In this document: one piece after another, positions 27,932-38,156 of the stretch | Layout of the letters: each line of letters starts with the position of its first letter | Numbering within the stretch: position 1 is the first letter of the stretch | Origin: Candidatus Peribacteria bacterium | GTDB taxonomy: Bacteria; Patescibacteriota; Gracilibacteria; Peribacterales; Peribacteraceae | Assembly (NCBI GenBank): GCA_016866875.1 | Contig: VGKY01000002.1 | Coordinates: forward strand, 31,688-95,687 | Length of the DNA stretch: 64,000 bases | Reading direction: 5' to 3' | Notes under the pieces: model-generated | Database searches by the model: none | Told to the model about the DNA's origin: nothing | The model's input: only the letters and a program-made list of their open reading frames with translations | Translations under genes and position numbers: made by a program

Positions 27932-28855
27932 CTACCACTTTCCTCCTCCTCCCCCACCCCCAAACGAGCCTCCACCAAAGCCTCCAAATCCTCCGCCTCC
28001 TCCACCCATCCCGGAGCCGCCATACCAGATTCCCCTTCTGTGTCGTCGCACACCTCCGTTTCTGGAAACGAGATAGTCAAAGAGCAGGCCAAGACCCGCA
28101 AGCACGGGAATGCTCCACCACCAGACGAGCGATACGGCAAGAACAACACCGATAAGTCCTCCCACAACCCCCCCGAGCCACCAGGACTTGGTGCGCCCAA
28201 AGAGCGCGACGAGAAAATCGAATCCAACAAACAGGAGGAAGAAGAAAAATTGACCCAAGCCAGATGATCCACGGGATTCTGAGGCATAGCGATCGGCTGC
28301 ATACTCGCCGCCAATGTGCTTCATCAGCGACTCAATGCCGGTCTGCACCCCCTGCGCATACTTCCCCTCACGAAACGAAGGAGCAAAGTCCGTCTCCACG
28401 ATTCCTGCAGCAACGATGTCGGGAACGGCGCCCTCAAGACCATATCCTGTTGCGATAAACGACTGACGCTCTTCGTAGGCGATGAGGATGAGAATGCCAT
28501 TGTGATACTCCTTTGAACCAATGCCCCATTTGCGACCGATGGCAACTGCGACATCGGCGATAGGCTCGCCATCCAGGGTCGAAACAATGAGAATCGCAAT
28601 TTCATTGCTTGTCTGAGTGCGATACTCCCGCAGGGTCGATTCCAGGGACGCTTCCTCGTCTTCGGAAAGGACCGCCGCTGTATCTGTCACGTATCCATCA
28701 TTTGGCGGTACGGAATAGGCAAAAGCAACGGCAGGAAAGAGCAAAGAGCATAAGACGAGAACGAATAATCGTTTTTTGGTTTTTTGGTTTTTTCGTTCGC
28801 CGTACACCGCGCAGAGACGAGGAAATGAGCAAACGGGAAAACGCATAGCACGCAT
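27932..28855 (-). CDS. TPM-domain protein (YgcG-like) with Gly-rich tail
   Basis: GYVTDTAAVLSEDEEASLESTLREYRTQTSNEIAILIV...NGILILIAYEERQSFIATGYGLEG is a TPM fold signature. TM segments and a GGGGGGFGGFGGG tail follow. Confidence 0.8.
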   Translation of the reverse strand: MRAMRFPVCSFPRLCAVYGERKNQKTKKRLFVLVLCSLLFPAVAFAYSVPPNDGYVTDTAAVLSEDEEASLESTLREYRTQTSNEIAILIVSTLDGEPIADVAVAIGRKWGIGSKEYHNGILILIAYEERQSFIATGYGLEGAVPDIVAAGIVETDFAPSFREGKYAQGVQTGIESLMKHIGGEYAADRYASESRGSSGLGQFFFFLLFVGFDFLVALFGRTKSWWLGGVVGGLIGVVLAVSLVWWWSIPVLAGLGLLFDYLVSRNGGVRRHRRGIWYGGSGMGGGGGGFGGFGGGSFGGGGGGGKW

Positions 28856-28864
28856 AACGTCATA

Positions 28865-29422
28865 CTACTCAAAATCCACCGCAGGCGCGACATCGCTTCC
28901 CTGCTGCGCTTCGAAGAATGCTTCGGCGTCAAACCCGAACATGCCGGCAAGCACATTGCTCGGGAACCGCTTCACGCGGAGATTGTATCTGCGAACTTCC
29001 TCATTGTAATCGCGCCGCGCGACGGCAATACGGTTTTCGGTTCCTTCGAGCTGCGTCATGAGATCGCGGTACGCCTGTGTGGCCTGAAGCTGAGGGTAGT
29101 TCTCCACAGCCACGAGAAGGCGCGAGAGAGCAGACTCCACCTCACCTGCGGCCGCAATGCGATCGCTGCGCGTCGGTGCGGTCTGCCAACGACTCCTCGC
29201 CTCGGTGATCGCCATGAAAGTCTCCTGCTCAAAGGAAGCAGCTCCTTGAACGGTGCTCACCAAGTTCGGGATGAGATCAACCCTCCGTTGGTACTGCGTC
29301 TCCACCTGTGCCCACGATGCGGCAACCGACTCGCTCCCCGTGATGAGTCCGTTGTAACCAGACCAGAGCCAGAGTGCGAGAACTCCGACGATGCCGATGA
29401 GAATCCAATGGATGCGCTTCAT
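28865..29422 (-). CDS. LemA family protein
   Basis: N-terminal TM, then YNGLI..ESV...WAQVETQYQRRVDLIPNLV...TEAR...YPQL...L..LEGTENRIAVARRDYN. Forms the classical pairing with the downstream TPM gene. Confidence 0.85.
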   Translation of the reverse strand: MKRIHWILIGIVGVLALWLWSGYNGLITGSESVAASWAQVETQYQRRVDLIPNLVSTVQGAASFEQETFMAITEARSRWQTAPTRSDRIAAAGEVESALSRLLVAVENYPQLQATQAYRDLMTQLEGTENRIAVARRDYNEEVRRYNLRVKRFPSNVLAGMFGFDAEAFFEAQQGSDVAPAVDFE

Positions 29423-29474
29423 GCGTAGAGCATAGGGAAAAATTCTGCAAAAAAGAAGAGTGGTGATCGCGCGA

Positions 29475-30023
29475 TCATTGGACCTCTTTAGCCCTCTCGT
29501 AGACAGACGTTATCTTCGCGATCGCCAAGACCTTGCCCTTCATACGTTGCTCCAGTGCAGATCGCGTCGCCTCGTGCGAAAGGCCTATGGCATCATTCAC
29601 CGCGTAGAGCGAAAAGACGTAGTGATGAAGCCCGGATCCTGCTGGTGGACACGGCGGCTCGAAGCCCGTCGTTCCCGCACTCGTCGTGCCTTGCACCGCG
29701 GCCCCGGGAAGCGTGCTCTCATTGATCTCTACGACATCCACAGGGATATCCCAAACGACCCAGTGCACAAAGTGCCCGGACGGAGCATCGAGATCATCGA
29801 GGACGAGGGCAAGAGACTTCGTCCCAGGCGGAACGCCAGAGATCCGTAGCGCAGGGGCCATACCAAGACCATCGCAGGTGTACTGCGCCTGGAGCGCCTC
29901 ACCATCGGCGAAGGCGCTGGAAGATAGGCTAAATGGAAGTTGCTGCGCTACCTTTGCGGAGTTGCCGCACGCCGCGAGTATCAGTGTACTCAGGAGGATG
30001 ATGGAGGCTCTGAAACGGATCAC
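29475..30023 (-). CDS. YbhB/YbcL (PEBP, Raf-kinase-inhibitor-like) family lipoprotein
   Basis: GTG start chosen at 30023 ahead of the signal IILLSTLILAAC. YTCDGLGMAPALRISG, LDDLDAPSGHFVHWVVWDIP, PPCPPAGSGLHHYVFSLYA. The longer ORF to 30299 runs through a repeat element. Confidence 0.8.
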   Translation of the reverse strand: MIRFRASIILLSTLILAACGNSAKVAQQLPFSLSSSAFADGEALQAQYTCDGLGMAPALRISGVPPGTKSLALVLDDLDAPSGHFVHWVVWDIPVDVVEINESTLPGAAVQGTTSAGTTGFEPPCPPAGSGLHHYVFSLYAVNDAIGLSHEATRSALEQRMKGKVLAIAKITSVYERAKEVQ

Positions 30024-30324
30024 CGTACCATTGTACCTGAGAAGGCAAGGATTGATGATCGTACGTATGAGAATGAAATGTCTGCCCTGCCTAGCGGAAG
30101 GTGCTGGGTTGGGTGGAGTGCCGCGTGCGGCACGAGCAAGGGAAGAGACGCCTCGCTCTAGCTCAGATCCTGGGCGTTGAGTAGCATGAGCCTGATCGGG
30201 ACGTAGCTCTGCCTGCCGGTAGGTAGGTCGGTTGGGCTCGGCATCTCTCAAGATGCCGGCAAACATAAAGACGCACATGCGCTCTAGCTCCCGATGCATG
30301 CATTCCTATAGCATTCACCACAGT

Positions 30325-30401
30325 CGGGACGTAGCTCAGTTGGCTAGAGCGCACGGTTCGGGACCGTGAGGCCGGAGGTTCGAGTCCTCTCGTCCCGACC
30401 A
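30325..30401 (+). tRNA. tRNA-Pro (anticodon CGG), CCA encoded
   Basis: CGGGACG TA GCTC AGTTGGCTA GAGC G CACGG TT-CGG-GA CCGTG AGGCC GGAGG TTCGAGT CCTCT CGTCCCG A CCA. Confidence 0.9.
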
Positions 30402-30488
30402 CATTCCCACACATTGATTTGACTGGAGACCTTTTTCGCTTAGGATTGCCACAGATGCAGCGATCTCGCTCCATCATCAGCATTATCA

Positions 30489-30926
30489 TTATTCCGACGC
30501 TAGGCGCCCGGAGGTGATGTGCTGACTGACTGCTTCTCCCCGCGCCAAGGAAGGCGCGTTTTTTGTATTCACTACTCCCCTTCCCATGGACTCCACCGAC
30601 CGCACGCCGGATTTCGATGGCCTTGTACATGTACAGGGGCATCCCGTACGCCTGAGGCTTCGCCTCTCAAGCCACCACGCGGCCGCTTGCCAGCTCTTAT
30701 CCGAGGCTTTGAGGATCGTTTGGATGCGAGCGACCTTGCACTCGGCCTCTGCCTTTTTTATAGCCACAGAAAACACCGATTTCTCGGTCTGCCATGTGCG
30801 GAAGGTTTCGTAGCTGATTCCCTCCATGGCACAGGCATCTTTGAAGCTACAGCCTTTTTTGAGCCATTTGCAGAGAGCAGCCTGCATCTCAGGGCTGAAT
30901 TTCGAGTTTCTTCCCATCAGATACAT
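30489..30926 (-). CDS. phage terminase-small-subunit-like HTH protein
   Basis: GRNSKFSPEMQAALCKWLKKGCSFKDACAMEGISYETFRTWQ...AAAWWLERR resembles TerS-like HTH proteins (recalled pattern GRPSKxTPE ... W.AAAW.LERR). The last about 55 aa are GC-rich and probably not native. Confidence 0.35.
   Translation of the reverse strand: MYLMGRNSKFSPEMQAALCKWLKKGCSFKDACAMEGISYETFRTWQTEKSVFSVAIKKAEAECKVARIQTILKASDKSWQAAAWWLERRSLRRTGCPCTCTRPSKSGVRSVESMGRGVVNTKNAPSLARGEAVSQHITSGRLASE
30541..30564 (+). terminator. intrinsic terminator downstream of tRNA-Pro
   Basis: CGCGCC aaggaa GGCGCG followed by TTTTTT. Confidence 0.6.
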
Positions 30927-30961
30927 TTTACAGCATCTTCTGTGTACAACTTTGCATTAGA

Positions 30962-31711
30962 ATGCGCTCATGTGCGAAACATACCGACAATGTGACTATG
31001 AACTTCGACACAGCAATTTATGTCTTGAATGAACGTCTTCGGAAAGAGCAACCTGAGGAGATCAGCAGCTCGTGGATTTCCTCTCGGCTTCCTGCCGTCT
31101 ACCAATTCATCTGGCGCACTATTAGAACGCCACTCGGGGACATCAATTGGGATTGGGTCATTTCCCATCTGGAGTGGGAGCTGCAAAAGCTCTGGCATCC
31201 ACAGCGCTTCAGAAGGAAAGCAGAGTACACCGATGCTGTAGAGGTGCAGATCGCACTCGGAAACTACTACGACAAACGCTACGTGTTTTTCTCTGCACCA
31301 ACGGAAGTGGAGTGGGATATTCGGAGAAGAATCTGCGCCATCTTCGCTCGTCTTGCACAGCGTGGAAATAAAACGGCTGAGGAGGAATTCTTGGAACTCC
31401 TGCGCTTCATGGTGCAGAAGTGGATGGAGTACCGCCCGATGCTCTGGCGGTGGAAGGGATACCCTGAAGATTTGGATAAGGCTCTACGCCGTTGCATTCA
31501 CTGTTACCGCTACACGGGCAATTTCACTTCCTATCTGTATATTTCTCTCATCAAAGCAGGCAGAGGGCTGCCGAAATTCTACGTGTCATCGCTTGATAAG
31601 GTTCTATTCGATGACAGTAGAACGGAAGTGAGGCGACTGGATAGTGTTGTTCAAGACCCCGAAACAGGAGACATCAAGCTCTTTGAGAGAGCGGATTATG
31701 TAGCGGTGTAA
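30962..31711 (+). CDS. hypothetical protein, weak sigma-70 region-2-like segment
   Basis: FLELLRFMVQKWMEY...DLDKALRRCIHCYRYTGNFTSYLYISLIKA...SSLDKVLFDD is reminiscent of sigma region 2. Weak by-eye call. An alternative start at MNFDTAIY is possible. Confidence 0.25.
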   Translation: MRSCAKHTDNVTMNFDTAIYVLNERLRKEQPEEISSSWISSRLPAVYQFIWRTIRTPLGDINWDWVISHLEWELQKLWHPQRFRRKAEYTDAVEVQIALGNYYDKRYVFFSAPTEVEWDIRRRICAIFARLAQRGNKTAEEEFLELLRFMVQKWMEYRPMLWRWKGYPEDLDKALRRCIHCYRYTGNFTSYLYISLIKAGRGLPKFYVSSLDKVLFDDSRTEVRRLDSVVQDPETGDIKLFERADYVAV

Positions 31712-31719
31712 ATGAGATG

Positions 31720-34700
31720 CTATGCTCTCTGAATTCTCATTACCTCCTCAGGCTTTATCTGCATGGGAAGGAACTGTAGCAGTTGTGGGGTAAGTTCTCC
31801 TGTAGCCAGCGAGTGGCGCACAGCAGGCTCAATCTGCTGCCTATAAGGCTCCCTAAACGGCTCAGGCACCCTTGCAGCTACAGCTTCAAGTAAGGCGGTT
31901 TGCATGTGGGGGTGCATGCCATTCAAAAGTGCAGAAATGACGACACGCATTAGGTCATTCTTTTCCAAGAATTGCGTGTACTCGCCATCGGTCAGCAATC
32001 CCTTCTGAACTTCTGTTACAAACGGGTCAATTGAGCTTCCTGCACTCTGTAATCTTTCTCGTAGCAAACGCTCCTGCTCCACAAGGTCATTGAAGAATTG
32101 TTTCACAGTCTTCTCTCCATTAAGCGTACTGAGCAGAAGACCCGCAAACTGACGGTAGCCTTCCTCAGTCCAGCCATTCACAGGCATACATTTGAAATCA
32201 AAGTGTCCGATTTTATGTAGCTGCGGCTGCACCTTTACGTTTCCTCCATGCCTATCACAATCAAACCGTCCGCGTAGTTTGTTATTCAATTCAAAAGCCA
32301 AGATAGCCATTGCTTGTCTCTTCTTGGATGTTTTCTCTGCATCATTATTTTCAGGCAGTTCAATGAAATGTTGTCCCTGAATCTTGGACATTAAGAAGAA
32401 TTTTTCACCAGCAACGATGACATCAGCTGAGTCGAAATAAAACTGCTCGCCATCAACTGCAATGCTGGCTCCCCTGTATATTTCCCTTGCCGCGCCGTAC
32501 TGCTGCTTTGCAAGAGGACAATCTACTTCTAATCCCAAACGCTGGTTCGCTTGGTCAATAAGCTCACGAGTCGTCTGAACTATTGAATGGCCGCTATCCA
32601 ATTCTAAATTGTCAGACATGCGACGCATCGTTTCAAATCCTGCGCGTCCTCTGTTCTCAACGTCAGGACGCAGCAATGAAAGCATGTAGGAATTCCCATC
32701 ACTCATCTCAACTTCCACGACAACGTAGATTGAGCCTGAACCAACAACGTCCCCTATACGGCTGACTTTCGCAGCTTCTTGACTTCCCTGAACAGCATTA
32801 TATTCACGCTCAAGTTCAGAACGCGCACTTTCCACCCATTGTGTTACATCCCATCGTGCAGGTTCGCTTGCATGGAATTTAAGCCGCTTCAGGTCTTCAC
32901 GTATGTTCGTCGGAACCAATGGATGACTTTGTGCTGCCTGTCCAAATTTTGTTTCTGCTGGACCCATGTTTTCGAGGAAGTACGCAAGAGCTTCGCCAAG
33001 ACGCATATCGGATGAACCGCGTTTTTCTGCTGCTGCCATCATTGCACCTAAACAAAGATGCTTCTGATAGTGCGGCAAGGCATCAACATATCCTCTGAGG
33101 AAGAATCTGGCCTCCTCCTCATACAAGCTCCCACCTTTGAAGACTTTTGAAACGGTATAATCGAATGTTTCCTTATCCACCTGATTTACTACCTCCTCAG
33201 GGGAGACGAGCAATTCGCGCACAAGTACGGCTCGCGCCTCAATGGGGGAAGACCAGAAATTTTCATAGAAGTAACGCAGGAATTTGAGTGCGACCTGCTT
33301 CCTGTAAGCGAGAAGCATAGCCTTATCGCTCCCTTCTTCGTAATCTTCTTCCTTCAAGGTAAACCCACCCGACATTAGGTTGTATTTATCCACGAATTCC
33401 AAAGCCTCTTTTCCGCTATCCAGATAACGCTCACAGAAGTCATCGGATAGCGGAGTCGTAAGGAAATCCAGTGTCGCTTTGCGGTGGTCAGGCGACCTGC
33501 GAATGTTGTCTATCGTCGCGTCGGTGAACACTCCGTACAAAGACGACTGAGTGAATGTTTCTTCTGTGACTTCGTAAGCTCTCTTCTGTAGTTCGCAACT
33601 CAAATGATTCTGAGTTTCTAATTTCTTCGCCAAAGAACCTAGTATTTCTGCATGGTCAACGCGGTTCATAGTGGCTCTCACTCTGTCCGCAATGGCAATG
33701 ATGGCAGTTGCATATTCAGCGTCGCCTTTATCCATTCCATAAAGTTTCTTCGCGCTATCAGTCCAAGCATCAATCAGGCGAGTTCTTAGCTTCGGGTCTT
33801 GAATTCTCGCACCACCAAGAAGTTCCTCGCACATCTGCATACATTGCCTGTTTGCATCTGCTGAACCATTATTCAATTCAACAGACCTATCAACCAAAAT
33901 TCTTAGGATTTCATCTGATGTTTCAGGGAAAAGTAATTCAGCCTTAGAGAGGAGTTTCCATTGACGTACAGCACTGGGAAGGTCGGCTGTCTTTGCATTG
34001 TTTGTAGCGTAATTCTTTACTCTCTGTTTTAGCTTTTCTCGTAGGTGTCTTTGAAAATGGGAGTTTGCTACAAGGTCAGCCGTCATACGCTCAACGAAAT
34101 CAGCTGCCTGAGCCAAGGTAGGGATTTTGGTTTCGATAAGTTGTATCGCTTCACAATACAAGCATGACCTTGCTAGGGTCATCTCTTCGGAAAAACCGTT
34201 CACTTCCTGAATCAGTGACAGGAGCTTATTCCATGTGAGGGGTTTGAATTCATATCCATGACCTGTCTTATCGAGCTGCGGCTTTATCAAATTCACATAT
34301 TTTTCTCCAAGTTTGGCATCGTAGAGATCTACGTTTGCAACAAAGTGCGATTGAGGAGTTGATACATAGGAGAATTTCTCTTTCAGAAGCCATTTATCGC
34401 AAAAGGAAATTTTCTCCTCATCACTGAGAGCTTTACACTTCTCATCCAAGAGATAATCAAAGTAGGGATTAGTTCTAATTTCTTTTTTCCTTCCGCCGCT
34501 TCTAGCCGCGAGTCCCTCATCAATACCTGCTAGTGGCATTGTTGAAACGAGCGACTGAAGAATGATTTGCTCTCCACTCTTGGAGGTCAGGAAGTACCTG
34601 AATAACTCAGTGCCTTTCTCACCAAGACTTTCTAACTTTGAAATCAACATTCTCGCTGCGCGTCTGTCATCTTGTAGTGCAAACCAGTTCAGCTCTAGGA

Positions 34701-36747
34701 ATAGCTGGAAATTCTTTTCGCATACATCAAGACAAAGAAGTCCAAGTTTTTGACCTGACTTTGCATTAGAAAGACCCGCCCATGATTCGGAAATCTTTGA
34801 CAAGCGTCTTGCAGCTTCCTCATCTTGTTCTGCTAAAAGAAAATCATGTTCCGCCCAACCACTTAGGTATTGCTCGAATATCGCCTGTATCTTCTCTTCA
34901 TTCTCTATGTTATCACCAATATCAACATCCTTTACAGTGCCGTCTTCATTGAAAGTGAGGGCGTCTACAGTGGTGCCACCATCCCGTGGCCCCTGAGAAA
35001 TTGTGGCAATACTTCCCACTATGTCTCCCAAGGCTTGTGTCCGCATCCTAGCTGTTAAAGTCAGCGCCAAGTCTAAATGATTACAAAGAGCACGCATCAT
35101 AAAGGGGTCTCTTACCAGACCTAAGTACGCAGCTGCCTTTGCGACTTCAGGATGTTCTATAGCAATACTTCTGAGTTCTTCCCAAGCAACATGAACGCCA
35201 CCATCACGCCTTCGTAGGCGACGAATTTTCTCTGTGTCTGGAAAGTCAAATTGCGGCCAATCTATCTTATTCAAGAAATGCAAACCATCTGAACTCTCTA
35301 AGAAAGGCTCTCCTTTTTGTTCTTCCGAACCTTCCAGTAATTCGTTTACAGCTATTGCTGCCTCAATAACTGTTTCCTCATCCCCCTCATACTCCTCTAT
35401 TGATTGAACGAAAGTCTTCACTGCCTTACCTAGTCGCCTGAGCCTTCCTAAGGGCGGTGTACCAAGTGCACTGTAAAGTGTTCCAGCAAGTGCGCTATAT
35501 AGCGTGGACATCTTTGTGATGCTATCCCGCTCGCCAAACTGTAGTACGTGGTTTGCGAAGCTATGAACTGCCTTTCTGTCTTCTGGCGTCTGTACTTCAG
35601 GGCCAAGCTTTCTGATTTCCGCTGCCAAATCACCTATACGTACTTCCCATGTCGTCTTATCCATGTCATCCAGAACGCTCCTTAGAATTTCAATCTTCTC
35701 TATACACGTAGCTCCTGCATATTCAGGGTGTCTGCTCAGATCAGCCTGAACATACGATGTATGGGATGCGCCTTTCACAACTCTTATAATTTCATCATTA
35801 TCTGAATACTTTCCGACCTCTGGGACATCGGGTGCGAGAGTACCTTTTTCCTTCCGAAGATACGCAAGAGTGTCACTGACGATTGAATGGATGTTGTTAG
35901 TTGAGGGATGAACGTCCATGTACTCAAACCATGGGCTAGTGCCTTTGGATTGTTCCTTCATGGCATTGAATAAGCCTTCTCTACCATCTTCGCCAAGTAC
36001 TCTTTCTGGATTAAGCCCTAGCTGCTTGCCCTTCTCACACATCAGAATGAGAGGGAAGGAATACGCAAAGCCTTCCTCTATCTTGGAATTCGGAATGTTC
36101 CCATACACCTGTCTCATCTTCAGATGTGTCATCTCGTGACTCAGTATCGCTACGAAATCATTTGGGGTGCTTACTAAGGGTTGGCCTTTCTTTGCACTGA
36201 ATAGACATTCTGTGAAAACTATAATCGGAGGATTACTATGACGCACAAACCAAGCGTTAGGTTTAGGATCTTTCGATAACAGAAAACGCACGGGCTGTTT
36301 CTTGAAGTCATGTTGTCTAAATGCATGGTGGGGAAGATGTTCGCCGCCTTTTACTTCTGCATATAAATGTTCTCCTAATCCTTGGGCGATTTCCTGAAAC
36401 CTACGTCCTTCCATAGAGTCTGGACTGACGAGCCGCCATGCCTCTGCAAGTTGTGGGGGTATTTCACCTCGTTCCAATTGTTCTTTCATAATCGCTTTTT
36501 CATCTTTCTCTGTCTCTGACGTTTCTTCGTCAGCTTCTTCATCTTCAACAGCAGAAATTTTCTGGTTGTAGTCTCTCCTCATTCGTTGAGTTCGTTTTCT
36601 CACTCCCTTCGCAGCCATTGTCCTATCCTCCATTCCCTCACGTACTTCACCTTGTACGGCTCGCTGCGAGCGTTCCACTTCTAGATCAGGAACGCTAAAT
36701 TCCCTCGCTTCGCCTAATTCAAGCCGCTCCTTTGGGTCATTGACCAT
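31720..36747 (-). CDS. giant (1675 aa) protein: zincin HExxH metallopeptidase-like module plus C-terminal ABC1/UbiB-type kinase-like module
   Basis: No signal peptide. PNAWF...IIVFTECLF...FVAILSHEMTHL (HExxH at 36124-36138). C-terminus: LENMGPAETKFGQAAQSHPLVP, VGSGSIYVVVEV, DCDRHGGNVKV, IGHFDFK. Confidence 0.7.
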   Translation of the reverse strand: MVNDPKERLELGEAREFSVPDLEVERSQRAVQGEVREGMEDRTMAAKGVRKRTQRMRRDYNQKISAVEDEEADEETSETEKDEKAIMKEQLERGEIPPQLAEAWRLVSPDSMEGRRFQEIAQGLGEHLYAEVKGGEHLPHHAFRQHDFKKQPVRFLLSKDPKPNAWFVRHSNPPIIVFTECLFSAKKGQPLVSTPNDFVAILSHEMTHLKMRQVYGNIPNSKIEEGFAYSFPLILMCEKGKQLGLNPERVLGEDGREGLFNAMKEQSKGTSPWFEYMDVHPSTNNIHSIVSDTLAYLRKEKGTLAPDVPEVGKYSDNDEIIRVVKGASHTSYVQADLSRHPEYAGATCIEKIEILRSVLDDMDKTTWEVRIGDLAAEIRKLGPEVQTPEDRKAVHSFANHVLQFGERDSITKMSTLYSALAGTLYSALGTPPLGRLRRLGKAVKTFVQSIEEYEGDEETVIEAAIAVNELLEGSEEQKGEPFLESSDGLHFLNKIDWPQFDFPDTEKIRRLRRRDGGVHVAWEELRSIAIEHPEVAKAAAYLGLVRDPFMMRALCNHLDLALTLTARMRTQALGDIVGSIATISQGPRDGGTTVDALTFNEDGTVKDVDIGDNIENEEKIQAIFEQYLSGWAEHDFLLAEQDEEAARRLSKISESWAGLSNAKSGQKLGLLCLDVCEKNFQLFLELNWFALQDDRRAARMLISKLESLGEKGTELFRYFLTSKSGEQIILQSLVSTMPLAGIDEGLAARSGGRKKEIRTNPYFDYLLDEKCKALSDEEKISFCDKWLLKEKFSYVSTPQSHFVANVDLYDAKLGEKYVNLIKPQLDKTGHGYEFKPLTWNKLLSLIQEVNGFSEEMTLARSCLYCEAIQLIETKIPTLAQAADFVERMTADLVANSHFQRHLREKLKQRVKNYATNNAKTADLPSAVRQWKLLSKAELLFPETSDEILRILVDRSVELNNGSADANRQCMQMCEELLGGARIQDPKLRTRLIDAWTDSAKKLYGMDKGDAEYATAIIAIADRVRATMNRVDHAEILGSLAKKLETQNHLSCELQKRAYEVTEETFTQSSLYGVFTDATIDNIRRSPDHRKATLDFLTTPLSDDFCERYLDSGKEALEFVDKYNLMSGGFTLKEEDYEEGSDKAMLLAYRKQVALKFLRYFYENFWSSPIEARAVLVRELLVSPEEVVNQVDKETFDYTVSKVFKGGSLYEEEARFFLRGYVDALPHYQKHLCLGAMMAAAEKRGSSDMRLGEALAYFLENMGPAETKFGQAAQSHPLVPTNIREDLKRLKFHASEPARWDVTQWVESARSELEREYNAVQGSQEAAKVSRIGDVVGSGSIYVVVEVEMSDGNSYMLSLLRPDVENRGRAGFETMRRMSDNLELDSGHSIVQTTRELIDQANQRLGLEVDCPLAKQQYGAAREIYRGASIAVDGEQFYFDSADVIVAGEKFFLMSKIQGQHFIELPENNDAEKTSKKRQAMAILAFELNNKLRGRFDCDRHGGNVKVQPQLHKIGHFDFKCMPVNGWTEEGYRQFAGLLLSTLNGEKTVKQFFNDLVEQERLLRERLQSAGSSIDPFVTEVQKGLLTDGEYTQFLEKNDLMRVVISALLNGMHPHMQTALLEAVAARVPEPFREPYRQQIEPAVRHSLATGELTPQLLQFLPMQIKPEEVMRIQRA

Positions 36748-36913
36748 ATATACATTTTACAATATAAATATATAATAGTCCACATTATTCCGAGGGAACT
36801 AAACATCAAGAATTCCGTTTCCAGCAAATTTTGACGCGACTTTTTGTGTCACAGAATGTCTATTATGTTCAACACCTCAAGACAAAGAACACAGAAAATC
36901 GGTACTCAGGTCA

Positions 36914-37834
36914 TCAGTCTACTCGAATCGGCTGCAACATGACCGCGCTGTTCTTTAAGCGCTCTAGATTATGAAAATAGCGCTGCGTCGTATTGGGATT
37001 TGAATGACGGGCAAAGTCAGCGGCAGCTATGAGGCTCGCTCCTCCGTTGATCAGGTGAGTGATACTGCTATGTCGTAGGCTGTGCACAGAGATGTTTGGC
37101 CTGTTGATACCTATTCTTTTCAATCTCAGTCGTACCATGTGCTGAATCGTCCTTCTAGCGATTCTATCTTTTGCAGTGTGATTTGTTCCGATGAATAACG
37201 GGTCTGATGTTTTCAAACTACTTCGTGTTTTTAGGTATGACTGAATTACAGCATACACATCGTCTCTCATGCGCGTATCAATGTTCTTCCCGCCCTTACC
37301 TCTAATTCTCAGCACCTTAAGTCCATTCACTTCCGAAAGATCACCTATATTTGCACGAGCTACTTCACAAAGTCGAATGCCGTTAATAAGCAGCAATGCA
37401 CAAATTGCTTTATCTCTCTTTCCAAGGTTCGTTGAGGCATCAATTGAGGAGAGAAATTGGTTGCACTCAGCGAGGGTCAAAATACCTCTCACAGTTTCAT
37501 TACTGACCTTTGGTAGCTTTATTCCTGCACTTGGGTTTGTAGGGATGACTCCCTGCTCATACAGAAAGGTAAATAGCCTTCTAAGTACCGTAAGTTTCTT
37601 CGCAATCGTAGCAGCCTTTAATCCTCGTACCGTCAGGCTTTCCTTGTAGTTCAAAAGATCATGCAAAGTCACTTCATCTGCTCGTTTTCGTATTTTTCTA
37701 TAGAACAAACTGATTTCTTGGGCATACGTCTGCTTAGAGTTTTCACAGCTTTGGTTTGAAATAAATGATTTTGCGTATTCTGCTAATGGGTCACGAAGAG
37801 CTATTGCCTGTGGTGTTTGGGGAATCAATTGCAT
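36914..37834 (-). CDS. tyrosine recombinase / phage-type integrase
   Basis: N-terminal SAM-like domain. Catalytic region: LLINGIRLCEV (Arg), HSLRHSSITHLI (HxxR), ARHSNPNTTQRYFH (His, Tyr). Confidence 0.85.
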   Translation of the reverse strand: MQLIPQTPQAIALRDPLAEYAKSFISNQSCENSKQTYAQEISLFYRKIRKRADEVTLHDLLNYKESLTVRGLKAATIAKKLTVLRRLFTFLYEQGVIPTNPSAGIKLPKVSNETVRGILTLAECNQFLSSIDASTNLGKRDKAICALLLINGIRLCEVARANIGDLSEVNGLKVLRIRGKGGKNIDTRMRDDVYAVIQSYLKTRSSLKTSDPLFIGTNHTAKDRIARRTIQHMVRLRLKRIGINRPNISVHSLRHSSITHLINGGASLIAAADFARHSNPNTTQRYFHNLERLKNSAVMLQPIRVD

Positions 37835-37940
37835 GTCTGTATCCTAATAAATATATTTCTATTAGACAACTAATTATCAGTTGACTAACAGACAAACAAT
37901 TTCTTCCCAAAGTACACTCCCAAACACTATAATTTCTTTT

Positions 37941-38156
37941 ATGAAGAAACGTCCTAAAGCAATGGGAAGGATTGATGTAGCTTCCTATCTCAACATCACC
38001 CCTCAATACGTAGATGTTCTTGCTTCAAAAGGAAAACTCGAATTCCAAGAAACTACATCAGGAAAAATCTTCTTCGAAGATGACGTAAAGAAATATGAGC
38101 TAGAAAGAATAAAGAAAAGAGCAGGAGATAAGAGATTCAAGACAAAGAACTCTTAA
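37941..38156 (+). CDS. excisionase/MerR-like helix-turn-helix protein
   Basis: IDVASYLNITPQYVDVLASKGKLEF...IFFEDDVKKY is typical of small HTH_17/excisionase proteins. Divergent from the integrase. Confidence 0.5.
   Translation: MKKRPKAMGRIDVASYLNITPQYVDVLASKGKLEFQETTSGKIFFEDDVKKYELERIKKRAGDKRFKTKNS

Noticed and set aside
27825-28076. Proline-rich ORF (PPPPPPNEPPPKPPNPPPPPPIPEPP)
   Set aside because: It is the reverse-strand reading of the Gly-rich C-terminal tail of the TPM-domain protein.
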